Below, one piece after another: positions 29,009 through 37,342 of a stretch of DNA of 64,000 bases. Each line of letters begins with the position of its first letter. Position 1 is the first letter of the stretch. Made by a program: the position numbers and the translations under genes. The DNA is taken from NCBI GenBank assembly GCA_965275905.1, contig CBDHYJ010000081.1, positions 88,392 through 152,391 of the forward strand, read 5' to 3'. The notes beneath the pieces were generated by a model, which was not told the origin of the DNA, ran no database searches, and worked only from the letters and a program-made list of their open reading frames with translations. Origin of the DNA: Hyphomicrobiales bacterium (GTDB lineage Bacteria > Pseudomonadota > Alphaproteobacteria > Rhizobiales > JAJFHC01).

Positions 29009-30355
29009 ATGGCGGAAAACTACGACATCATCATTATTGGCGGCGGCAACGCCGGCTTCGGCGTATCGGCAATCGCCCATGAGGCCGGCAAGTCGATCGC
29101 ATTCATCGAAGAGCGGGACTTTGGCGGCACCTGTCCCAATCGCGGGTGCACCCCGAAGAAGGTTCTGGTCGCGGCGGCGCATGCCCTCCACGAGATCGAG
29201 TGCGCCGCAACCCACGGGATAACCGTTGGCGAACCGAAACTGGACTGGGGCGCCCTGATCAGGCGCGAGAAAGACATGATCGGGTTCATTCCGGACGCGA
29301 TGAAAGGCGTGGCGGAGAAACGCGGCGACATCTTTACGGGGTCCGCGAAGTTCACCGGACCGAATTCGGTTGAGGTCGACGGCACGACGCTGGAAGGCGA
29401 AAACATCGTCATCGCAACCGGGTCGAAGCCCCGGCCCTTGCCGATCCCCGGGGCGGAACTGATGGTTACATCGGACGAAGTGCTTTCAGAAGAGGAACAG
29501 CCCGGCGAGGTTGTCTTCATCGGCGGCGGCGTCATCGCCATGGAATTCAGCCACGTCTACGCGCGGGCAGGCACGAAGGTGACGATCCTCGAGGTCATGC
29601 CACGCTTGCTGCCGCGCATCGAGGCGGATGCCGTCGCGGCCATACAGGCCGAAAGCGAACGCATCGGCGTGGATATCAAGACCGGTGTCAACGTTCGCGA
29701 AATTTCGCGCGCTGACGGAAAACTCAGGGTCACGTTCGAACATAATGATGTCGAGACATCCGTTGACGCGGATCGCGTCGTCAACGGCGCCGGCCGCATC
29801 GCCAATGTCGATACGCTGGATCTGGAGGCGGGCAATGTCGAGCATGATCGCATTGCCGTTTCGATAGACGAGTATCTGCGCTCGACCTCCAACCCTTCGG
29901 TCTGGGTCTGCGGCGACGCGCTCGTCACGTCGGCGCAATTGTCGCCGCTCGCAACGTACGAGGGGCGCATCGTCGGCCGCAATATCGTCGACGGTCCGAC
30001 CGCAAAACCGGACTACGCGGTGGTGCCGAGCTGTGTCTACACGGTTCCCGCACTGGCGACTGTCGGCCTGACCGAGGAAGAAGCCGCCAGCCAGGCCATC
30101 ACCTTCAGAGCCTCGGTCAACGACATGACCGGCTGGTTCTCGGGCAAGAGTTATGCGGAGACGGTCGCCTGGGCCAAGGTGCTCATCGAAGAAGGCTCGG
30201 ACCGGATCATCGGAGCGCACATTGTCGGCCACCAGGGCGAGGACCTCATCCACCTCATCGCGTTCGCCATGCGCCACGGCATCACGGCCGGAGCGATCAA
30301 GGAAGACATCTTCGCCTTCCCGACATTCTCCTCGGACGTCAAGAACCTGCTCTAG
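29009..30355 (+). CDS. Pyridine nucleotide-disulfide oxidoreductase (glutathione reductase-like)
   Basis: GGGNAG, GGTCPNRGCTPKK, GGGVIAME; C-terminal AFPT in place of HPT. Confidence 0.9.
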   Translation: MAENYDIIIIGGGNAGFGVSAIAHEAGKSIAFIEERDFGGTCPNRGCTPKKVLVAAAHALHEIECAATHGITVGEPKLDWGALIRREKDMIGFIPDAMKGVAEKRGDIFTGSAKFTGPNSVEVDGTTLEGENIVIATGSKPRPLPIPGAELMVTSDEVLSEEEQPGEVVFIGGGVIAMEFSHVYARAGTKVTILEVMPRLLPRIEADAVAAIQAESERIGVDIKTGVNVREISRADGKLRVTFEHNDVETSVDADRVVNGAGRIANVDTLDLEAGNVEHDRIAVSIDEYLRSTSNPSVWVCGDALVTSAQLSPLATYEGRIVGRNIVDGPTAKPDYAVVPSCVYTVPALATVGLTEEEAASQAITFRASVNDMTGWFSGKSYAETVAWAKVLIEEGSDRIIGAHIVGHQGEDLIHLIAFAMRHGITAGAIKEDIFAFPTFSSDVKNLL

Positions 30356-30386
30356 AGGGAGTTTGGTTCAGTTTGAACCTAAGCGC

Positions 30387-30758
30387 ATGAAACGACTCGT
30401 CATCGAGGAGCATCGCCGCAGCTATTCCGATCCGATAGCGCTGCAGAAGGGCGAGACGTTGAAGCTGTCCGGACGGGAAGAGATCTGGGATGGCCACAAA
30501 TGGTTGTGGGCGCAGTCCGGAGACGGCCGTGAAGGCTGGATTCCTGATGAACTGGCCGTCAGAGACGGAAACCGGATGATTGCGGCATACGACTACTCGG
30601 CGCTCGAACTGAGCGTTACGCCCGGCGAGATCGTCAATGCCGTGCGCGAAACCCATGGATGGGTGTGGTGCCGAAAGGAAAGCGGCGAAGTGGGCTGGCT
30701 TCCGACGCAAGTTCTGGAAAAGCCTGAAGCCAGCCCCAGCCCCGCCCTCACCTCGTGA
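30387..30758 (+). CDS. Tandem bacterial SH3 domain protein
   Basis: Two SH3-like halves (EGWIP; YDYSALELSV...VGWLP); alternative TTG start at 30363. Confidence 0.8.
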   Translation: MKRLVIEEHRRSYSDPIALQKGETLKLSGREEIWDGHKWLWAQSGDGREGWIPDELAVRDGNRMIAAYDYSALELSVTPGEIVNAVRETHGWVWCRKESGEVGWLPTQVLEKPEASPSPALTS

Positions 30759-31254
30759 CTTCGGCGCTCGCCACCTGTTTTACGTAGGGGCGAAACTTCA
30801 ACGCCACTTTCCCGCCGGCCTTGGCCGTGTACCAGTTCCCCTTCCGGGACAGTTTCCCGCACATCGTCTCGCCGTCCGCCCAGGATTTCCACTCGACGCA
30901 AAGAGCGCTGCCCTTAAGCCACCAGCGTCCGGTATCGGATGCCATGAACGTGCTGCCCTTGAGCGTGCCGTTGTCTTTGGCCGAAATGGTGAGGACGTGC
31001 CCATCGACACGCGCTTCATATTTGCCGGGAAAGAGGCCCCTGATCTCTTTGGAATTCAAAGACGCCGATCCGGCGGATGCGGAGATAATGGAAAACAGCG
31101 TTATCGCGAGGAGCGCTGTCACGGTCAGAAATGCGTTGAATATGATCCGGTCGGGAGAAGTTCGCTCGGCCGATATGGCTGCCGGCCGGTCGGTCGTATT
31201 TATGGATCTGTTGAGTTCTTTGGCTGCTGTTGTCCGTCGGGTGGTGAGGTTCAT
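30748..31254 (-). CDS. Hypothetical exported protein
   Basis: GGGAG RBS, hydrophobic segment, small beta domain with DTGRWW...LCVEW...C. Confidence 0.7.
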   Translation of the reverse strand: MNLTTRRTTAAKELNRSINTTDRPAAISAERTSPDRIIFNAFLTVTALLAITLFSIISASAGSASLNSKEIRGLFPGKYEARVDGHVLTISAKDNGTLKGSTFMASDTGRWWLKGSALCVEWKSWADGETMCGKLSRKGNWYTAKAGGKVALKFRPYVKQVASAEVTR

Positions 31255-31335
31255 GGGAGTCTCCCTTTTGTCGTCACCGTTGTCTGGACGAACCGCATAA
31301 ACGCCCCACGGTCCGAGTTGCTGCCTTGCTCGTTC

Positions 31336-31474
31336 GGCCCTCCCCACTCCCGGATCAGACCGTTCCGGGGGCATCCATCAATGGACGATCGTCCCGGGAG
31401 TGGGATGGCCAGCCCCCCACTTAGCCGACGGCTAAGTCGGCCGGAACTGGTGGAGGTAAGCCCGCTGGCTTCCG
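31336..31474. other. Highly structured intergenic element
   Basis: Stem CCCACTCCCGG(31343)/CCGGGAGTGGG(31394); palindrome ACTTAGCCG-A-CGGCTAAGT (31419-31437). Confidence 0.5.
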
Positions 31475-31565
31475 TTACGTTAATGGGAAGTTGACGCTGC
31501 GATAACAAGGGCGGGAGCCCCGGAAACCTGAAGAATCGCCGCAGAAGGCACCGATTGATGTTCTT

Positions 31566-31603
31566 TTAACGCGCCATTGACGCGCGTTTGACGGAGGTTT
31601 CAC
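31566..31603 (+). promoter_or_regulatory. Four direct repeats TT(A/G/C)AC at 11-bp period (OmpR/CtrA-type site array)
   Basis: TTAAC-N6-TTGAC-N6-TTGAC-N6-TTCAC. Confidence 0.55.
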
Positions 31604-31684
31604 TGCCGAGGGCTAAATGACAGATGTAGGCAACAAACAGAGCAACCGGCATCTGCCCCGGGAGGGGGCAAAAAGGAGAAGACG

Positions 31685-31855
31685 ATGATCGCGGCCTCTA
31701 ATCAGACAGCAGTTCACGCTCAGGACAACGCCATTTTTGCGCTTATCGTGAAAGCCGCAACCGTGTCAGCCCAAACGGTAGATCGTTGGCTTACGCAGCG
31801 CAGCGCACTGCGCCGCCACTTTGCATATGAAACCGGATCCAGCCGGATCCACTGA
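31685..31855 (+). CDS. Small protein (56 aa)
   Basis: AAGGAG RBS, MIAASNQTAVHAQDNAIFALIVKAATVSAQTVDRWLTQRSALRRHFAYETGSSRIH, terminator downstream. Confidence 0.6.
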   Translation: MIAASNQTAVHAQDNAIFALIVKAATVSAQTVDRWLTQRSALRRHFAYETGSSRIH

Positions 31856-31933
31856 GGCCGGCAACCTCGTTTAGTTGCCAAAACGTCAGCGGAATCTGTC
31901 CCGAGCCCTCGGTTCTGCTGGCGCAAACACCGG

Positions 31934-31965
31934 AACCGCCCCCTTTCCCTCAAGGGGGCGGTTTT
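31934..31965 (+). terminator. Intrinsic terminator
   Basis: Perfect 12-bp stem AACCGCCCCCTT/AAGGGGGCGGTT ending in a T-run. Confidence 0.8.
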
Positions 31966-32095
31966 GCGTTGAAGGCATGCACAAAAAGTAGGCGGCAGTG
32001 ACACCCGATCAGGTCACCGCCACCTCAGGCCGATTGCCCCCGGTCGGGCTCCTCAGACGCCAGAATCGCGGAGGCATGTGCTTTGTGACGTGAAG

Positions 32096-32686
32096 TCAGG
32101 CAGACTGGGCGACCTCAACCTCATCACCGTAAACTTCGGCGTAGCGCTGCAGAGGCAGCATGTCGAAAATCATGTGGATGCGCTCCTGTTCGCCATCGTT
32201 ATACGCCTCGTGCATCTCATTGTTGTCGAACCACCACAGCTCGCCCTCACGCATCCGGATCTCCTCGTCGCCACACTTCATGTAGCTGCCGGCCGAGCTC
32301 TGGAGGATGAGATGATAGCGATCGCGAACCCGGTAATACTCGCCGCGGTCGATATGGGGATACACCCGCCGGCCCGGCATCAGCCTGACGATCTTGGCCC
32401 GCCCCATCTCGGCGTAGTGCTCGGTCGCAAACTCCTGAAGAAAACGGCGGGCGAGAACGAACTTCTTTGAAGAGGTCGTGTATCGGCTCTCATGCACATC
32501 ACGGCGTTCTCGGCCATTGATCTTGGATTTGACCAGCCCTCGCAGCGGTATGGCCTGCGCCTCACGCTGGACAGCAATCTTGTCCTGGCGTCCTGTACTC
32601 AATCCCCAGGCGTCGGGTACCGATGCGATCTCGTCCAGGAACGGCTTCACGTCGACGCCATCATTCAATTTGCGGAAGTACTTCAT
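32096..32686 (-). CDS. Aspartyl/asparaginyl beta-hydroxylase domain protein (Fe/2-oxoglutarate)
   Basis: YPHIDRG (HxD), WWFDN..MHEA, RIHMIFD. Confidence 0.9.
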   Translation of the reverse strand: MKYFRKLNDGVDVKPFLDEIASVPDAWGLSTGRQDKIAVQREAQAIPLRGLVKSKINGRERRDVHESRYTTSSKKFVLARRFLQEFATEHYAEMGRAKIVRLMPGRRVYPHIDRGEYYRVRDRYHLILQSSAGSYMKCGDEEIRMREGELWWFDNNEMHEAYNDGEQERIHMIFDMLPLQRYAEVYGDEVEVAQSA

Positions 32687-32726
32687 GGGTCTTCACTCCT
32701 CTGGCTGGCTTGTCATTGGGTTGAAA

Positions 32727-34439
32727 TCAGTTCACGAGGCGTAACGGATGGTCCGTGGCGACCAATGCCTTGACCGCCTCGGCATCCAAGACCTCCAGCT
32801 TTCCGTTTTCGAGGTGCACAACACGATCCGCCGTCGCGGCCCGGGCGGGATCATGTGTGATGTAGATCACCGTGCAGCCGGCCTTCTCGAGAGTCTGATC
32901 GAGCAGCAAATTCGCGCCGCGGTCGAGATTGGCATCGGCCTCGTCGAGCAGGAGCACCCGCGGCTTGACCAGCAGGGCGCGCGCGAGAGCGATGCGCGCG
33001 CGTTCGCCGGTTGACAATCCCTCACCCTTCTCAGAAACCCGCGTCTTGAGGCCCTTGGGCAAACTCTCGACGAGGCCATCCAGGCCCAGTTCGGCAATCA
33101 CAGCCCGGATCTCGTCGTCGGTGCGCTCCTCGGCACCGTATGTCAGATTGAAGCGCAAGGTGCCGCGCAGCAGAGGAAGATCCGGTGAAACGATCGCAAA
33201 TGCGCTGCGAATGTCGTCCCAGACGGTTTCTTTCAGATCCTCACCGTCGAGCAAGACCTTGCCGCTTTCCGGCTCGTAGATGCCAGCGATCACGCGCAGC
33301 AGTGTGGACTTGCCGGCGCCGTTCGGGCCGGTAACGGCAATGCGCTCGCCAGGACTGATCGCGAGGTTCACCTCGTCGAGCGTTTGTCCGAACGAAACGT
33401 CTTTGAGAACCACCTGGCCCGGACCGTCGGAGAGTGACGCACCCGTGTTGTCCCGATGGTTGCGGCCGACAGACGGCAAGGCCAGGAGCCGTTCCTGTTT
33501 TTCCCGGGCTATGATGGCGCCGTTCCAGTATTCGTAGACACGACCAAGGTCCTGAAGCCGGGGCGCAAGCAGTCCGGCGACAACCATTGCGGCGACCACC
33601 GCGCCGGGACTCGCATGCCCCATCGAGACCTGCACGGCGCCGACAAACAGGGCACAGACGCCGGCCAGGCTGCCGCTGGCCTCGGACAGCGCGCGGAGCA
33701 AGCCCACCACGCGTGCCCTTCCGATCATGGCCAACCGCAAACGCTGGCTCAGGCGCCTGAATCTCTGTCTTTCACGGTCTTCCTGTCCGAATGCCTCGAC
33801 GACGCCGATATGCGAAACGCGGTCGTTCAGCATCGCCGCGAGCCTGCCGCGGCGACGACGGGTCTCGCGCGTCTGCACCCGCAGGCGCGGGCCGATCAGG
33901 AAAGCAAGCGTCAGAGCCACTGTGACGGCCACGGCAACGGCCATCGCGACCACCGGCTCAACAAAGCTGAGCGCGGCGATGGCGAGGAAGGCCGCAAGGC
34001 CACTGACCGTCAGGCGGGCAAGTCCCAGACTGACCCATTGTCGCAGAGCTGTGAGGTCACCGACGAAACGCAGCACGATGGCGCCGCGACTCATCTGGCG
34101 CGCACCCTCCGCGCCGATCATGGCAATGTGACGGAACAGCGTGAGCCGGACGGAATGAATGTAACTCTGGCCAAGTTCCTCGGCATCGACCTGGCTGCGC
34201 CACCGCAACCAGGCTGTCACGATGATGCAGAGTGTCAGACCGCCAGCGAAAACGCCCGCCGACGCAAAGTCCGCCGCAGCGCTGGAGAGCACGAGAGTGT
34301 CAAATCCGCGCTTGACCAGCAATGCGGTTAGAACGGCCGTCCCCGCCTGGGCCACTCCATTGGCGACCAGATACGAAAAACTAAGGCGGCGTTTTCCTGA
34401 TAGCACCGTCGGCAACGGCATGAGCAACCTCGCTGGCAT
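32727..34439 (-). CDS. ABC exporter, fused TMD and NBD
   Basis: TM domain, GPNGAGKST, LSTGE signature, LLLDEA, ITHD; start uncertain (34439 or 34421). Confidence 0.93.
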   Translation of the reverse strand: MPARLLMPLPTVLSGKRRLSFSYLVANGVAQAGTAVLTALLVKRGFDTLVLSSAAADFASAGVFAGGLTLCIIVTAWLRWRSQVDAEELGQSYIHSVRLTLFRHIAMIGAEGARQMSRGAIVLRFVGDLTALRQWVSLGLARLTVSGLAAFLAIAALSFVEPVVAMAVAVAVTVALTLAFLIGPRLRVQTRETRRRRGRLAAMLNDRVSHIGVVEAFGQEDRERQRFRRLSQRLRLAMIGRARVVGLLRALSEASGSLAGVCALFVGAVQVSMGHASPGAVVAAMVVAGLLAPRLQDLGRVYEYWNGAIIAREKQERLLALPSVGRNHRDNTGASLSDGPGQVVLKDVSFGQTLDEVNLAISPGERIAVTGPNGAGKSTLLRVIAGIYEPESGKVLLDGEDLKETVWDDIRSAFAIVSPDLPLLRGTLRFNLTYGAEERTDDEIRAVIAELGLDGLVESLPKGLKTRVSEKGEGLSTGERARIALARALLVKPRVLLLDEADANLDRGANLLLDQTLEKAGCTVIYITHDPARAATADRVVHLENGKLEVLDAEAVKALVATDHPLRLVN

Positions 34440-34457
34440 TCATGACAGATTCAGCCA

Positions 34458-34486
34458 GACAACGGTCGGGGCGCGGAATTATTCCC
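34458..34486 (-). promoter_or_regulatory. ECF promoter copy 4 (ABC exporter/hydroxylase operon)
   Basis: GGGAAT-N16-CGTTGTC. Confidence 0.75.
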
Positions 34487-34583
34487 GTGCCTTCGCAATC
34501 GAATTGCTGCGGAGAGGGCGCAAGTTCAAAAAAGTGAATGAAACGATAGAGTTATAGCCCGATCTTGAATCAATTCGTGCCGA

Positions 34584-35987
34584 TCAGACTCTGACGATCT
34601 TGCCCGGATTCATGATGTTCTGCGGATCGATGGCGGTCTTGATGGCCGCCATAAAGTCGGTCGCAGGGCCGAGTTCACGCTCCAGATAGGGCATCTTTCC
34701 CTGGCCGATGCCGTGCTCGCCCGTGCACGTTCCTTCCATGGAAATGGCGAGATCGTTGAGCCAGCCAATATACCGGTCCGCCCGGGCGGTTTCCTCGGCA
34801 CTGTCCTGGTCGACCAGCAGCAGAACGTGAAAGTTGCCGTCGCCCACATGGCCGACAATCGGCGCCAGAAACTCGAACTCTTCCGCCTTCTGCTGCGCGG
34901 CGGCCACGCATTCGGCCAGACGCGAAATCGGAACGCACACGTCCGTGGAGTGCCCTTGCGCGCCCGGCCGCAACTGCAGCGCCGCCCAGTAAGCGTCATG
35001 GCGTGCCTGCCAGAGCTTGTTGCGCTCCTCTGCATTCGCGGTCCAGACGAACCCCTCGCCTCCGAACTCGCCAGAAAGTTCACCAAAGGCTTCCGCCTGC
35101 TCGCCGACGGCACTTTCACTGCCATGAAATTCCAGCAAAAGCAGCGGTTGTTCCGGCAGATCCAGGCCGGAATATGCATTTGTCGCCCTCACCATCAGGG
35201 CATCGAGCAACTCGATGCGCGCCACCGGAATACCGTACTGGATAGTCGCGATAACGGTGTCGCAGGCGGCTTCCACACTGGGGAAACTGCAGGTCGCCGA
35301 GGAGATCGCTTCGGGAATGCCGTGCAGCTTCAGTGTGAGTTCCGTGATGACGCCGAGCGTACCTTCGGCCCCGACCAGCAACCGCGTCAGGTCGTAACCG
35401 GCCGAGCTTTTCTTCGCGCGCTGGGCGGTCTTGATGATCCGCCCGTCCGGCATCACGGCCGTCAGGCCGAGCACGTTGTCTTTCATGGTGCCGTACCGCA
35501 CGGCATTCGTCCCTGACGCCCGGGTCGAGGCCATCCCGCCGAGACTGGCGTCAGCACCGGGATCGATCGGAAAGAACAGTCCCGTATCGCGGATGAATTC
35601 GTTCAACTGCTTACGGGTCACCCCGGGCTGCACGACACAGTCAAGGTCTTCGGTGTGAACGGCAAGAACCTGGTTCATGTCGCGAAAGTCTATTGAGATT
35701 CCACCGGCGGGCGCGTTGACATGGCCTTCGAGCGATGTGCCTGCACCGAACGGAATGACGGGCACACGGTATTCCGCACAGACACGCACGATCTCCGCCA
35801 CCTCTTCGGTCGATGCGGGAGTGACCACCGCGTCCGGTGCCTGATTGGTGATCCACGTGGTTGTATGGGCGTGCTGCTCCCGAACAGCACCACCGGTCTG
35901 GAGACGTTCGCCAAACTGCTGCCTGAGGACGTCAATCGCCGTCTCAATCCCAGCATCGTTTCGGGGCAACGCCGCAATTACAGCCAT
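34584..35987 (-). CDS. FAD-linked oxidase, D-lactate dehydrogenase/GlcD family
   Basis: GAGTSLEGH, PIDPGA, GHVGDGNFH, GEHGIG, MNPGK. Confidence 0.92.
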   Translation of the reverse strand: MAVIAALPRNDAGIETAIDVLRQQFGERLQTGGAVREQHAHTTTWITNQAPDAVVTPASTEEVAEIVRVCAEYRVPVIPFGAGTSLEGHVNAPAGGISIDFRDMNQVLAVHTEDLDCVVQPGVTRKQLNEFIRDTGLFFPIDPGADASLGGMASTRASGTNAVRYGTMKDNVLGLTAVMPDGRIIKTAQRAKKSSAGYDLTRLLVGAEGTLGVITELTLKLHGIPEAISSATCSFPSVEAACDTVIATIQYGIPVARIELLDALMVRATNAYSGLDLPEQPLLLLEFHGSESAVGEQAEAFGELSGEFGGEGFVWTANAEERNKLWQARHDAYWAALQLRPGAQGHSTDVCVPISRLAECVAAAQQKAEEFEFLAPIVGHVGDGNFHVLLLVDQDSAEETARADRYIGWLNDLAISMEGTCTGEHGIGQGKMPYLERELGPATDFMAAIKTAIDPQNIMNPGKIVRV

Positions 35988-36045
35988 GTCTGCTTTCTCC
36001 GGTCCGGCAAGGTTCCGCAGTTCTGGTTTGAACAACGCAGGCGGA

Positions 36046-36059
36046 TTGATCTGCATCAA
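36046..36059. promoter_or_regulatory. FNR/FixK box
   Basis: Consensus TTGAT-CTGC-ATCAA in a divergent intergenic region. Confidence 0.8.
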
Positions 36060-36172
36060 CGTCCGGCCGCGCACGCATGGTAGTCAGAGTGGCAAAGATA
36101 GCCACTTAAACCCTTACCCCGCCAGACACATTTTGTCCGTCTGTTTCCCGGGGCCATCATCGAGGCAGTCTG

Positions 36173-36439
36173 ATGAACCACAAACATCGCAAGGTCTTGC
36201 ATTCCCTGTTTGCCCACCCGGTCAGCGCAAACATTTCAACCCGCGCTGTCGAAGCGGTTATCAAGGAACTGGGCGGCGAGATCGAGCAGCGTCATGGCGG
36301 CAGGTGGGGCGTCCGGCTGAACGAGCATTTCGCCGAGTTCTCTCACAACGCGCATTCGCTCCACCCGAACCAGGTTCGCCAGATGGCAAAGTTCCTGAAG
36401 TCGGCCGGCGTGGATCCGGATCAGGACTATCCGCTCTAG
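36173..36439 (+). CDS. HicA-like small protein with no adjacent HicB
   Basis: KHRKVLHSLFAHPVSANI...FLKSAGVDP pattern. Confidence 0.65.
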   Translation: MNHKHRKVLHSLFAHPVSANISTRAVEAVIKELGGEIEQRHGGRWGVRLNEHFAEFSHNAHSLHPNQVRQMAKFLKSAGVDPDQDYPL

Positions 36440-36475
36440 GACTTGATTTCCGATCCGAGGGGAGAAACCGGGATC

Positions 36476-37162
36476 ATGCGCGCTCGCGACATCATGACGT
36501 CACCGGTCTTCACGGTGGCCCCCAGGACACCGCTTGTAGAGGTTGTCAATCTGATGCTCGACCGCCGGATCAGCGCGGTTCCAGTGGTCGATGACGGCGG
36601 CATGCTTCTGGGGATTGTAAGCGAAGGCGATCTGCTCCGCCGGAAGGAACTGGGGATTGCGCCGGAACAATCCTGGTGGCTGAAGGCCCTGGGCGCAAAG
36701 GCCGCTCTGGCCGACGAGTTCGTCAGGGCCCATGCCACCCGCGCCGAGGAAGTGATGACCGAGGATGTCCATGCAATTGGCGAAGACACGCCTTTGCCTG
36801 ATATCGCGAAACTTCTGGAGCGCAACCGGATAAAGCGCGTGCCGGTCGTTTCAAATGGCAGGGTCACCGGAATTGTGAGCCGCGCCAACCTGCTGCAGGC
36901 GCTCTCCGTGAACCCGGCGAACACCGTCCCGCATCCGACAGACACCGACAGAGTGATCCGCGCCCGGGTTCTGGAACACTTTGCCCGGAACAACGCCATG
37001 GATATCTCCCACCTCAACCTCGTTGTGCAGGACGCAAAGGTCTTTCTTTGGGGAAGTCTCGCGTCCGTGGCAGACCGCGACGCATTGATCGACCAGGCAG
37101 GCCGTGTTCCGGGCGTGGCCGATGTTGTCGACAACACGCAGGTGTCGGAAGCGAAGCGTTAG
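36476..37162 (+). CDS. CBS pair plus BON domain protein
   Basis: ARDIMTSPV, GIVSEGDLL, IKRVPVV, C-terminal VPGVADVVDN. Confidence 0.92.
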   Translation: MRARDIMTSPVFTVAPRTPLVEVVNLMLDRRISAVPVVDDGGMLLGIVSEGDLLRRKELGIAPEQSWWLKALGAKAALADEFVRAHATRAEEVMTEDVHAIGEDTPLPDIAKLLERNRIKRVPVVSNGRVTGIVSRANLLQALSVNPANTVPHPTDTDRVIRARVLEHFARNNAMDISHLNLVVQDAKVFLWGSLASVADRDALIDQAGRVPGVADVVDNTQVSEAKR

Positions 37163-37165
37163 GCC

Positions 37166-37321
37166 GTGTTGGCGAACGCAATACCGCTGATCGCCGGCGC
37201 CGCCTTCTGGGTCTACCACAGGCTCAAGGAGAGAATTGAGTTCCCTGAGCATGAGATTCGGCGGCTGAGGCAAGTACTGGACACTTTAAAGCTGCCCGAA
37301 GTGAAGCCCACATTTGATTGA
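37166..37321 (+). CDS. Possible 51-aa membrane-anchored peptide
   Basis: GTG 4 nt after the CBS-BON stop; MLANAIPLIAGAAFWVYHRLKERIEF...; no clear RBS. Confidence 0.3.
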   Translation: MLANAIPLIAGAAFWVYHRLKERIEFPEHEIRRLRQVLDTLKLPEVKPTFD

Positions 37322-37342
37322 ACCCGGAAGCAGGAGACCCCG

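Noticed and set aside
31255-31284. Fifth ECF promoter-like match GGGAGT...CGTTGTC
   Set aside because: Mismatch in -35, 17-nt spacer, overlaps an RBS and points away from the adjacent gene.
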